From Acidobacteriota bacterium (lineage in GTDB: Bacteria; Acidobacteriota; UBA6911; RPQK01; JAJDTT01): DNA of 64,000 bases. Where the stretch lies: positions 800,001 to 864,000 of the forward strand of contig OZ253580.1 in NCBI GenBank assembly GCA_965263035.1, read 5' to 3'. The position numbers and the translations under genes are program-made. The notes below the pieces were generated by a model. The model saw only the letters and a list, made by a program, of their open reading frames with translations, was not told the DNA's origin and searched no databases. Numbering within the stretch: the stretch's first letter is position 1; each line of letters begins with the position of its first letter. Positions 8,031 through 17,349 of the stretch are shown in pieces.

Positions 8031-11000
8031 GACTCCGCCGGATCGTCGCACGAAGCCTGGTCCACTACTGGCCCACCCAATTGGCCATCGTGGGCGGCGT
8101 GGCCGTGAGCGTCGCCGTTCTGGCCGGCGCCCTCCTGGTGGGAGATTCGGTCCGCTCCAGCCTCAGGGCGCTGGTGCTGGAGCGCCTGGGCAGCACCCAC
8201 ACAGTGATCACGGCCTCCATGCCCTTCCCCGAAGATCTGGCCCGGAGACTCCAGTCCCATCCCGGCTTCTCCCAGGCTTTCGGCGGCATCTGTCCCATCA
8301 TGGTGGGGGACGGGGCGGTGGCTCACGCCGAAACCCAGCGATTGGCGTCCCGGGTCCAGATCTACGGAGTGGACCCGCGCTTCTGGGCCTTCCACGGACG
8401 GACGGCCGAGCCCCTGGACCGCCGCAGCGCTCTGCTCAGTCCGGAATTGGCCCGGGAGCTGGATTGGAAGGAGGGCGACAGCCTGCTGGTGACTATGCAA
8501 CAGCAGGAGGCGACTCCGGCCGAAACTCTTCATGGCAGGAGGGACTCCTCGGGGGCCACTCTGCGGGTCCGGGGCAGCCGGGTTCTGCAGCCGGAGAACC
8601 TGGGAGAGTTCTCGATCCTGCAACAAGCCGCCGCGGTCCGGACCCTGTTTCTGCCCCTGGCCGAGATTCAGCGGGCCATGCAGCAGGAGGGGCGGGTCAA
8701 CGCGCTGCTCCTGTCCGCAAGCCCGAACCGGACTGAGGATGACGGGAACCGGCTTCGGGGCCTGCTCCGGGACACCTTGACTCCGAACGATGCCGGACTC
8801 CGGATCCGGGCCCTGGAACATTGTTCCTGTCTCTCCCTGGAGCATGACGGCGGCCTGCTGGACGAGCCCGTGGTGGCCGCGGCCCACCGGGCGGGCGCGG
8901 CCCTGGACCTGGAGTCCCAGTCCATCTTCAGCTACGTCGTCAATTCCATCGCCCACGGGGAGAAGAACGTCCCCTATTCGCTGGTCACGGGGCTGGAACC
9001 GGACCACTTGGCCCGCATCTCGGGGGAGGCGGCTGCCGATTCCGAAGGGGAGGAGTCTCCGGCGCCGCTCTGGATCAACGACTGGACCGCCCGGGACCTG
9101 GGGATCGGACCCGGGACGCCGGTGACGCTGGAATCCTATCTGTGGGATTACCGCCGGGGGCTCTCGACGCAAATGGCGGACTTCCGAGTAGCCGGGGTCA
9201 TTCCCCTCTCCGGTGCGGCCGCCGACCGGGACCTGGTTCCCGAGTTCGAGGGCATCAGCCAAACCGAGTCCATCTCCCACTGGGACCCGCCCTTTCCCGT
9301 CGACCTCTCCCGCATCCGGCATCAGGATGAAGACTACTGGGAACGCTACCGCACCACCCCCAAGGCCTTCCTCCCGCTTGCAGCCGCCCAGGAACTGTGG
9401 GGGTCCCGGTTCGGCGACCTGACCTCGCTGAGATTCGAAAAACCGGAGGATCTCACCCTGGAAGAGACTCTCGACCGCTATCGGGAGAGCCTGCTGGCGA
9501 ACCTCTCCCCCGAGGAGATGGGGTTCTCCCTGCACCGGGTGAGGGAAACCGGCGTCGAGGCCTCCCGCGGGAGCACCGACTTCGGCGAGTACTTCCTCTA
9601 CTTCAGCTTCTTCCTGGTCGTCTCCGCCCTGCTCCTCACGGTCCTGTTCTTCAAGCTGGGGCTGGAGCAGCGGCTGCGCCAAGTCGGCCTGTTCAAGGCC
9701 CTGGGGATTTCGGAGCCACTCATCCGGCGGATCTTCGCGGCCGAAGGTCTGGTTCTGGCCATCGCCGGGAGCCTGGTGGGCCTGGCGGGAGCCGCCGCCT
9801 ACGGCTGGCTGATGATGTGGGGCCTGCGAACCCGCTGGATCTCGGCGGTTGGAACCACGAGGCTGACCCTGCACGTGGAACCGGGGACCCTCCTTCTGGG
9901 GGCCGCCGCCGGGGTGACGGCCGCCTTCCTCTGCATCCTGTTGACCCTTCGAAGACTCGGCAAGGCATCGCCTCGACTCCTGCTGGCAGGCGAGCAGGAG
10001 CCGCTGGCCCCCGGCTCCGGCCGCCGGTCCCTGCTGGCGGCGCTGGCGCTGGGAGCGGCCGGACTGATCTTCCTGCTGGCGGCGATCCTGGGCTGGATCG
10101 GCCAGACGGCCGGATTCTTCGGTTCCGGAGCCCTGCTGCTCGTCTCCCTGCTGGCGTTCCAGTGGTGGCTCCTCACCTCGGGCCGGGCGCTGCGATTCCA
10201 CGGGCGGGGGATCGCGGCCCTGTGCCGAATCGGACTCCGGAACATGAGCTACCGGCCGGGTCGATCCCTCCTCTCCATCGGCCTCATCTCCCTGGCCACA
10301 TTCATCATCGTGACGGTGGGAGTCTTTCGCCGTGAGGGAACCCCTTCCCTGGCGCCCGGGTCAGGGACCGGCGGGTTCTCCCTGACGGCCGAGTCTTCGA
10401 TTCCCTTCTTCCAGGATCCCGACGACCCGGAAAGCGCACCGGACCTGAACCTGGACCGGCTGCCCTCCCCTGAAAAGCTCCGATTCTGGTCGTTCCGGCT
10501 CCGACCCGGGGACGACGCCAGCTGCCGCAACCTCTATCGTCCGGCCAACCCGAGAATCCTGGGCGCCCCGTCCGCTTTCCTCGACCTGGGGCGCTTCAAA
10601 TTCAGTTCCTCGCTGGCTTCCGAAGAACAGGGCAACCCGTGGCGCCTGCTGGAGGCGGACTCCCAAGACTCGGCGATTCCCGCCATCGCCGACGCCACCT
10701 CCATGGCCTATGCGCTGCACACGGGCCTGGGGGAGGAGATCATCCTGGAGCGGGCAGAAGGAGAGCCGGTCCGGTTGAAACTGGTGGGAGCCCTGTCCGA
10801 CAGCGTGCTGCAAGGCGAGATCGTGATCTCCGAGCGGAATTTCCTGAAGCTGTTCCCGAAACAGCAGGGTTACCGCTACTTCCTGATCGAGACCCCCGAC
10901 CGGGAGGACGGAAACTGGGTTCAAAGCCTGGAACGGAGTCTCTCCGACTACGGGTTCGACGCCACTTCCACCGCAGACCGGCTGGCCAGCTTCCACCGGG

Positions 11001-11389
11001 TCGAGAACACGTACCTGTCCACCTTCCAGAGCCTGGGCGCATTGGGCCTGCTGCTGGGAACGCTGGGAACCGCGGTGATTCTGCTCCGCAACGTGCTGGA
11101 GCGCCGGAGAGAACTGGCGTTGATGCGGGCCGTCGGCTACGGGCCGGGCCACCTGGGGACCATGGTGCTGGCGGAGAACCTGCTACTGGTGGGACTCGCC
11201 CTGGTGACGGGGGTCTCGTCGGCCCTGGTCGCCGTGGCCCCGGTTCTCCTCGCCCGGGACCTCGGCCCCTCCCTGGCGCCCACCGGCGCCCTCGCCGCTC
11301 TGGTTCTTCTGGTGGGCCTGCTGGCGTCGCTGGCCGCCGTCGCCGCCGCCGTACGCACTCCCGTCATCGATTCGCTGCGTTCCGAATAG
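8027..11389 (+). CDS. Large ABC permease, FtsX/MacB family, with two permease modules and large periplasmic domains
   Basis: ATGA overlap with the upstream stop. Two TM clusters with EQRLRQVGLFKALG and ERRRELALMRAVG signatures. Confidence 0.88.
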   Translation: MRLRRIVARSLVHYWPTQLAIVGGVAVSVAVLAGALLVGDSVRSSLRALVLERLGSTHTVITASMPFPEDLARRLQSHPGFSQAFGGICPIMVGDGAVAHAETQRLASRVQIYGVDPRFWAFHGRTAEPLDRRSALLSPELARELDWKEGDSLLVTMQQQEATPAETLHGRRDSSGATLRVRGSRVLQPENLGEFSILQQAAAVRTLFLPLAEIQRAMQQEGRVNALLLSASPNRTEDDGNRLRGLLRDTLTPNDAGLRIRALEHCSCLSLEHDGGLLDEPVVAAAHRAGAALDLESQSIFSYVVNSIAHGEKNVPYSLVTGLEPDHLARISGEAAADSEGEESPAPLWINDWTARDLGIGPGTPVTLESYLWDYRRGLSTQMADFRVAGVIPLSGAAADRDLVPEFEGISQTESISHWDPPFPVDLSRIRHQDEDYWERYRTTPKAFLPLAAAQELWGSRFGDLTSLRFEKPEDLTLEETLDRYRESLLANLSPEEMGFSLHRVRETGVEASRGSTDFGEYFLYFSFFLVVSALLLTVLFFKLGLEQRLRQVGLFKALGISEPLIRRIFAAEGLVLAIAGSLVGLAGAAAYGWLMMWGLRTRWISAVGTTRLTLHVEPGTLLLGAAAGVTAAFLCILLTLRRLGKASPRLLLAGEQEPLAPGSGRRSLLAALALGAAGLIFLLAAILGWIGQTAGFFGSGALLLVSLLAFQWWLLTSGRALRFHGRGIAALCRIGLRNMSYRPGRSLLSIGLISLATFIIVTVGVFRREGTPSLAPGSGTGGFSLTAESSIPFFQDPDDPESAPDLNLDRLPSPEKLRFWSFRLRPGDDASCRNLYRPANPRILGAPSAFLDLGRFKFSSSLASEEQGNPWRLLEADSQDSAIPAIADATSMAYALHTGLGEEIILERAEGEPVRLKLVGALSDSVLQGEIVISERNFLKLFPKQQGYRYFLIETPDREDGNWVQSLERSLSDYGFDATSTADRLASFHRVENTYLSTFQSLGALGLLLGTLGTAVILLRNVLERRRELALMRAVGYGPGHLGTMVLAENLLLVGLALVTGVSSALVAVAPVLLARDLGPSLAPTGALAALVLLVGLLASLAAVAAAVRTPVIDSLRSE

Positions 11390-11407
11390 ACCGCTGCCAT
11401 TTCATTC

Positions 11408-11491
11408 GTAGAGGCGACCTTTGTGGTCGCCATGCTCTCGCCGGCCATTGAGGTTGGGACGGAAGAGGGCACCCACAAGGGGCGCCCCAAC
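11408..11491. repeat. GTAG-class REP doublet (REPIN-like)
   Basis: GTAGAGGCGACCTTTGTGGTCGCC (11408-11431) and its inverted partner GGGCACCCACAAGGGGCGCCCCAAC (11467-11491). Each is an imperfect hairpin with a GTAG/GTTG foot. Confidence 0.75.
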
Positions 11492-11610
11492 GTGTTTTTG
11501 CCGGTGAGAGAGAAAGGCCCCCCGGCGTCGAGAGGGGCATCGGCATTCCGTTTGATAGAATGACCGGGCGTGGCGGCCGGCGATCCGGACACCGCCGCGG
11601 CCGGGTTCCA

Positions 11611-12921
11611 ATGATGCAGTCCGTTAAGGAGACAGTCGCCAGCAACTACTTCATCGCCAACTATCCTCCCTTCTCCTTCTGGAAGCCGGAGGGCGTCAAG
11701 GATGCCTTGGCGGCCCTGGAGCGCCCCCGCGACCCGGAGACGCCGCTGGGCCTCTACCTTCACATCCCGTTCTGCCGCAAGCGCTGCCATTTCTGTTATT
11801 TCAAGGTCTACACGGGCAAGGGCTCGCGGGAGATCCTGGGCTATCTGGACGCGCTGGTCCGGGAGCTGGGCATCTACGCCCGCCGGCCCTTCGTCAACGG
11901 CCGGCAACTGGACTTCATCTACTTCGGAGGCGGAACCCCGTCCTACCTCTCGACCCGTCAGCTCTCAGGCCTGGTCGGGGAGTTGAAGCAGCACTTTTCC
12001 TGGGACCATGCCCGGGAGATCACCTTCGAATGCGAGCCCGGCACGCTGACCCCGGGAAAACTGCAGCTTCTGCGCGAACTCGGCGTCACCCGGCTCAGCC
12101 TGGGAGTGGAGAACTTCGACGACCACGTCCTGGAGATCAACGGCCGGGCTCACCGCTCCGGCGAAATCTGGGACGTCTACGAACGGGCGAGCCGTCTCGA
12201 CTTCCCCCAGGTCAACATCGATCTCATCGCCGGGATGGTGGACGAGACGGAAGAGAACTGGCTCCGATGCGTGGAGAACACCCTCCAACTCCAACCCGAC
12301 AGCGTCACCGTCTACCAGATGGAGATCCCCTTCAACACCACCATCTACCGTCGAATGCGGGATCAGGGCCGGACGCGGGCTCCCGTGGCCGACTGGCCCA
12401 CCAAGCGCCGGTGGGTGGACCTGGCTTTCCAGGAACTGGAGCGGAACGGCTACCAGGTGGCCAGCGCCTATACGGCCGTCCGATCGCCGGAACGGAGCCG
12501 ATTCCTCTACCGGGACCAGCTCTGGTCGGGGGCCGACATGGTGGCTCTGGGAGTGGCCTCCTTCTCCCACGTGGGAGGGACCCATTTCCAGAACGAGCAC
12601 GACATGGGGCCCTACCTGCAACGACTCGGCCAGGGAGAGCTCCCCCTCCACCGCGCCCTGACACCGACCGGAGACGAGTGCCTGATTCGAGAGCTGATCC
12701 TGCAGTTGAAGCTGGGCCGGGTCCGAACCGGATACTTCCGGAACAAATTCCAAGTGGACATTCTCGAGAGGTTCGAGGGTCCCATCGGCGAACTGGTCGG
12801 GCAGGGTTATATGAGCGCCTCCCCCGAGGGATTGGAACTCAGCCGGGAGGGCCTCCTGCAGGTGGATCGGCTGCTGCCCCTCTTCTTCCTCCGGGAGCAT
12901 CAGGATTCGCGATACACGTAA
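11611..12921 (+). CDS. HemN/HemW-like radical SAM enzyme (coproporphyrinogen III oxidase-like family; real substrate unknown)
   Basis: LYLHIPFCRKRCHFC (CxxxCxxC), IYFGGGTPS, ITFECEP, RLSLGVE, NIDLIAG. Confidence 0.88.
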   Translation: MMQSVKETVASNYFIANYPPFSFWKPEGVKDALAALERPRDPETPLGLYLHIPFCRKRCHFCYFKVYTGKGSREILGYLDALVRELGIYARRPFVNGRQLDFIYFGGGTPSYLSTRQLSGLVGELKQHFSWDHAREITFECEPGTLTPGKLQLLRELGVTRLSLGVENFDDHVLEINGRAHRSGEIWDVYERASRLDFPQVNIDLIAGMVDETEENWLRCVENTLQLQPDSVTVYQMEIPFNTTIYRRMRDQGRTRAPVADWPTKRRWVDLAFQELERNGYQVASAYTAVRSPERSRFLYRDQLWSGADMVALGVASFSHVGGTHFQNEHDMGPYLQRLGQGELPLHRALTPTGDECLIRELILQLKLGRVRTGYFRNKFQVDILERFEGPIGELVGQGYMSASPEGLELSREGLLQVDRLLPLFFLREHQDSRYT

Positions 12922-14235
12922 ATGACGGAGACGGTCCGAGAGTACGACGTGGTTGTGGCCGGGGGTGGACCCGCCGGAGCCACCACCGCCGCCTTGCTGG
13001 CCCAGGCCGGTTGGAAGGTGCTGGTCCTGGAGAAGGAGCGGTTTCCCCGCTACTCGGTGGGGGAATCCTTGATGCCCTATTGCTACTTCACCCTGGAGAG
13101 GCTGGGACTCATCGAGCAGCTCAAGGCGTCCGCCTTTCCCCGTAAATACAGCGTTCAATTCGTCTCCACCGGGGGAAACGTTTCCCAGCCGTTCTACTTT
13201 TTTCAGCACCTGGACCATGAAGCGGCCACCACCTGGCAGGTCCTGCGCAGCGAGTTCGATCAGCTCCTGCTGGACAACGCCAGGGCCGAAGGGGCCACGG
13301 TCCGGGAAGAGGTTTCGGTCACCCGTCTGATCCGGGAAGCGGGTCCGGTGACGGGCGTGGAGGCCGTCACCCGGGCCGGAGAGAGGTTGCGGGTCCGGGC
13401 GCCCATGACCGTCGACGCCACGGGCCGGTCCGCCGTGTCCGCCGCCTCCAATCGCTGGAGGATTCGGGACCGGGCCCTGAACCGGGCGGCGCTCTGGACC
13501 TACTATCGTGGAGCCCTCCGGGACCCGGGCCTGGACGAAGGCGCCACCACCATCGCCTATCTCCCCGAAAAGGGGTGGTTCTGGTACATCCCGCTCCCGG
13601 AAGACCGGGTCAGCGTCGGCGTGGTGGCCCACAAGAGCTACCTCTTCCGTGAGTCCCGGGACCTCCAGGTGGTGTTCGACCGGGAGACCCGGTGCAATCC
13701 CTGGATCCGGGAGCACGTGGCGCCGGGACGCCAGGAGGGTGCGGTGAGGTTGACGGGGGACTACTCGTACCGGTCACGCCACTGCGCCGCCGCGGGCCTG
13801 GTGCTGGTGGGAGACGCCTTCGCCTTCCTGGACCCCATCTTCTCGTCCGGCGTGTTCCTGGCACTGAAGAGCGGAGAGATGGCGGCCGACGCCATCGACG
13901 CAGCTCTCAAGGCGGGGGATGTCGGGGCGGACCGTTTCACCCGGTATGGACGCGACCTGACCCGGGGCATCGAGGCCATGCGGCGCCTGGTCTACGCCTT
14001 CTACGATCAGGAGTTCAGCTTCAGGCGCCTCCTGAACCGCCATGCGGACCTGAGAGGCGACCTCACCGACTGCCTCATCGGTCACCTCTTTCGGGATTTT
14101 TCCGATCTCTTCGGCGCCATCGAGGAGCTGGTGGAGCTGCCGCCGCCCCTCAAACATGGTCATCCGCTGGCCGGGGAGGGCTTTCGTCCGCCCACCCGCC
14201 GGGCCGCAACCGCAACCGAATCAGCGATCGGGTAG
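12922..14235 (+). CDS. FAD-dependent oxidoreductase, flavin-dependent halogenase-like
   Basis: GGGPAG Rossmann motif, FPRYSVGESL, Lys in FPRKYSV, WFWYIP (WxWxIP) and VGDAFAFLDPIFSSGV. Starts immediately after the radical SAM stop codon. Confidence 0.82.
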   Translation: MTETVREYDVVVAGGGPAGATTAALLAQAGWKVLVLEKERFPRYSVGESLMPYCYFTLERLGLIEQLKASAFPRKYSVQFVSTGGNVSQPFYFFQHLDHEAATTWQVLRSEFDQLLLDNARAEGATVREEVSVTRLIREAGPVTGVEAVTRAGERLRVRAPMTVDATGRSAVSAASNRWRIRDRALNRAALWTYYRGALRDPGLDEGATTIAYLPEKGWFWYIPLPEDRVSVGVVAHKSYLFRESRDLQVVFDRETRCNPWIREHVAPGRQEGAVRLTGDYSYRSRHCAAAGLVLVGDAFAFLDPIFSSGVFLALKSGEMAADAIDAALKAGDVGADRFTRYGRDLTRGIEAMRRLVYAFYDQEFSFRRLLNRHADLRGDLTDCLIGHLFRDFSDLFGAIEELVELPPPLKHGHPLAGEGFRPPTRRAATATESAIG

Positions 14236-14244
14236 TCGAGCCCA

Positions 14245-14697
14245 GTGGCATACGAATTCAAGGTCGATCGCCGGATTCAGTTCGCGGACACGGACATGGC
14301 CGGCATCGTCCACTTCGCCAACTTCTTCCGCTTCATGGAGGAGACGGAGCACGAGTTCTACCGCTCGCTGGGATTCGCGGGGCACTTCAGCGGGCCCCGG
14401 GGAACCCTGGGCTGGCCCCGGCTCAGCGCTCGCTGCGACTACAGGAAACCCCTCCGGTTCGAGGACGTGGTGCAGATCCACCTCCTGGTGCGGGCCAAGG
14501 AGGAAAAATCCCTGCTCCTGGATTTCACCTTTCGGAAACAGTCGCAGGACGGTCTCCAGGTAGTGGCGGCCGGCGCTCTCAAGGTCGTCTGCGTCCGAGT
14601 CTCCAAGGAGACGGGCCGGATGTCATCCATCCCCATTCCCCCGGAGATCTCTTCCCGGATCGAAGCCGCTCCCTCCCACCTCTTGGCGAGACGCTAA
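14245..14697 (+). CDS. Acyl-CoA thioesterase, 4HBT/YbgC hotdog family
   Basis: RRIQFADTDMAGIVHFANFFRFME and CDYRKPLRFED. Confidence 0.9.
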   Translation: MAYEFKVDRRIQFADTDMAGIVHFANFFRFMEETEHEFYRSLGFAGHFSGPRGTLGWPRLSARCDYRKPLRFEDVVQIHLLVRAKEEKSLLLDFTFRKQSQDGLQVVAAGALKVVCVRVSKETGRMSSIPIPPEISSRIEAAPSHLLARR

Positions 14698-14701
14698 TTC
14701 C

Positions 14702-15967
14702 ATGAATGCACCCGGCCCGGAAGAAATCCGGAAGCGGCAGCAGGTCAAACTGCAGCATCTGCTGGAAACGGTCCTGGCCTCGAACCCGTTCTACCGGGAG
14801 AAACTGGATCCCAAGCAGCTGACGCTGAGGCCGCTGAGCCTCGGGGAGTTTCGCCGCCACGTTCCGTTCACCGAGAAACGGGAACTGCTGGAAGACCAGA
14901 TCCGGAATCCTCCCTTCGGCCGCAACCTGAGCTTCCCGCTGCATCGCTACACGCGATTCAACCAGACCAGCGGCAGCCGGGGCGAGCCATTGCGCTGGCT
15001 GGACACCGCCGAGACCTGGGGAAAGATGCTGGAGTGCTGGAAGACCGTCTACCGGATGTCGGGGGTGAGACCCGGGGACCGGATCTTCTTCGCCTTCTCG
15101 TTCGGGCCCTTCCTGGGCTTCTGGACCGCCTTCGACTCGGCGCAGTCCCTGGGAGCCCTGTGCCTGCCGGGCGGCGGCCAGAGCAGCCTGGGGCGCCTTC
15201 GAGCCATCCTGGACAACCGCGTGGACGTCCTCTGCGCCACACCGACTTACGCCCTGCACCTGGCCGAGGTCGCGGCGGAAAACGGCCTCTCTCTGGAACG
15301 GTCCGCGGTCCGAATCCTCCTGACCGCCGGAGAGCCGGGGGGCTGCATCGAGGCCACCCGCTCCCGGCTGGAAGCGGCCTGGGGCGCCCGTCTATGCGAC
15401 CATCACGGCATGACCGAAGTGGGACCCGTCAGCTATGAGTGCCCTTCCCAACGGGGCGTCCTGCACGTCCTGGAAGATGCCTACCTGACCGAGGTGGTGG
15501 ATCCGGCTACGTCCCGTCCCGTGGCGCCGGGGGAGACGGGAGAGTTGATCCTGACCACGCTGGACCGGGCCGGGTCACCGGTCCTGCGCTATCGAACCGG
15601 GGACCTGGTGAAGCCGTCCCCGGGGACCCCCTGTGCCTGCGGCCGCTTCGAGCTGGCGCTGGAAGGAGGCATTCTGGGGAGGGTCGACGACATGGTGGTG
15701 ATCCGGGGGGTGAACCTCTTCCCGGCCGCGGTGGAGGAGGTGATCCGAAGACGGCCGGAAATCTCCGAGTACCGGGTCGAGGTCCACGACTCGGGCGTGC
15801 TCAGGGAAATGAAGATCCAGATCGAGTCGAGCCGGGGCGAAGGGGGGGCGCGTCAACTGGAGCAGGAGCTTCACGCCGCCTTCTCGCTGAGAATTCCCGT
15901 CTCTCCGGTGCCGCCGGGGACATTGCCGCGATTCGAGATGAAGTCCCGGCGCTGGATCGTGAAGTGA
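14702..15967 (+). CDS. Phenylacetate-CoA ligase-like (PaaK family) aryl-CoA ligase
   Basis: QTSGSRG P-loop, ATPTYA, AGEPG, HGMTEVGP, RYRTGD, GRVDDMVVIRGVNLFP, LPRFEMKSRR. Confidence 0.88.
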   Translation: MNAPGPEEIRKRQQVKLQHLLETVLASNPFYREKLDPKQLTLRPLSLGEFRRHVPFTEKRELLEDQIRNPPFGRNLSFPLHRYTRFNQTSGSRGEPLRWLDTAETWGKMLECWKTVYRMSGVRPGDRIFFAFSFGPFLGFWTAFDSAQSLGALCLPGGGQSSLGRLRAILDNRVDVLCATPTYALHLAEVAAENGLSLERSAVRILLTAGEPGGCIEATRSRLEAAWGARLCDHHGMTEVGPVSYECPSQRGVLHVLEDAYLTEVVDPATSRPVAPGETGELILTTLDRAGSPVLRYRTGDLVKPSPGTPCACGRFELALEGGILGRVDDMVVIRGVNLFPAAVEEVIRRRPEISEYRVEVHDSGVLREMKIQIESSRGEGGARQLEQELHAAFSLRIPVSPVPPGTLPRFEMKSRRWIVK

Positions 15968-16002
15968 GGGACCCGGGATCGCCCCCGGCCTCGGGCCGGG
16001 AA

Positions 16003-17115
16003 TTAAGGCGGACCGGCGCCGAAACAGTAGAGCAGCCCGTCCTGGGACCCGACGATGACCCGGCCGGCGGCCACCGCCGGCGAGGCGGAGATCCTTCCGC
16101 CCGTTCGAAACTCCCAGAGCTGCTTCCCCGTGTCGAGATCCAGCGAGTAGAGCCGGCCGTCAAAGGAGCCGATCCAGACCCGTCCATCGGCAATGGCCGG
16201 AGAGGAATCCACTCGAGCCCGGGTCGCATGGGTCCACAACGCCTTTCCCGTGGAAGCATCCAGGCAATGAACCTGCTTGTCCCGCCCCCCCAACACCACT
16301 TTCCCGGCGAGCTGGGCCGCAGACGAGTAGAACGGAGCAGCGCGTTCCGGGGACTGGTAGCGCCAGAGAACGGAGCCTGACTTCAGCCCCACGGCCAGAA
16401 CCTGGTTGTCGAAGGTGCCGAAGACGGCCCGGTCCCCTTCCAGGGACGGGGAGGCCCCGGTGTAGGCGCCCACATCCACGGTGACCACCTGCTCTCCGTC
16501 GGAGACCCGGATCCCGCGCAACATGCCGTCGCACCCTGAAACATAGGCGATCCCGCCGCGAACCCCGGGGGTGCAGTGGACCGGTCCGTCCGTCTCCTGC
16601 TTCCAGCGAACGTCTCCCCCAGCGGCGGAGAGGCAATAGAGGTACCCGTCGTAGGAACCCACGAGCACCGAGTCCTCCACCACAACGGGAGAAGACTTCA
16701 CTTCCCCGTCGGTCTGAAAGGTCCAGCGCTGCGATCCGTCGGCCTCGGACACGGCGTGGACCATTCCAGACAGGTCGGCGAGGTAGACACTGCCGCCGGA
16801 AACGGCAGGCGAGGACTCTCCGATGGCGTCCTTCGCCTCGTACTTCCAGACCAGCGCGCCCGATCCCAGGTCGACGGCCTGCAGTTCCCCTCCCGCCGAA
16901 CCGACGAAGACCCGCCCTCCGCTGACGGCGGCCGAAGACTCGATGGGATCGCCCGCGTCATGAGTCCAGGCGAGTTCCGGAGACGACGGCAACCGGGAAC
17001 TGGAAACTCCAGTCAGGGATGGGTTCCCCCGGAACTGGGGCCACTCCCCGGCGTCCCGCCCGGCCGCGTTTGCAACCTGAAGGACCAAAGCCAACAACCA
17101 GACCGTTTCTCGCAA
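16003..17115 (-). CDS. Secreted PQQ-type (BamB-like) beta-propeller repeat protein
   Basis: Signal peptide, WPQFRG, and eight repeats of the SSPA.../G..LW form. Confidence 0.88.
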   Translation of the reverse strand: MRETVWLLALVLQVANAAGRDAGEWPQFRGNPSLTGVSSSRLPSSPELAWTHDAGDPIESSAAVSGGRVFVGSAGGELQAVDLGSGALVWKYEAKDAIGESSPAVSGGSVYLADLSGMVHAVSEADGSQRWTFQTDGEVKSSPVVVEDSVLVGSYDGYLYCLSAAGGDVRWKQETDGPVHCTPGVRGGIAYVSGCDGMLRGIRVSDGEQVVTVDVGAYTGASPSLEGDRAVFGTFDNQVLAVGLKSGSVLWRYQSPERAAPFYSSAAQLAGKVVLGGRDKQVHCLDASTGKALWTHATRARVDSSPAIADGRVWIGSFDGRLYSLDLDTGKQLWEFRTGGRISASPAVAAGRVIVGSQDGLLYCFGAGPP

Positions 17116-17349
17116 GCCCGACTCCTCCTGCCGGAAAGTCTACTACGGGAGGGCGAGGAAATGAGGAAATGAGGAAAGAGTGGGGACGATATTTCCCGCC
17201 GGGTGCTGGCCGAGAAGCCGCAGCAGGATCAGGGTCCCGAGTGAAACTGATCTCTTGGACTCGACATCCCCTTTCCGGGTTTCTTCCGTCTACGCGAATG
17301 CCTCCTCTTCTCTATTTCCTTTTTTCTCTTTACTCTTTCCTACGACTAC

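Noticed and set aside
11611-12921. Gene symbol hemN
   Set aside because: Family membership is clear, but the context is not heme biosynthesis and HemN-like proteins are functionally diverse.
14702-15967. Phenylacetate catabolic (paa) operon
   Set aside because: No paaABCDE, paaG or paaZ in the window; only the ligase family is supported.
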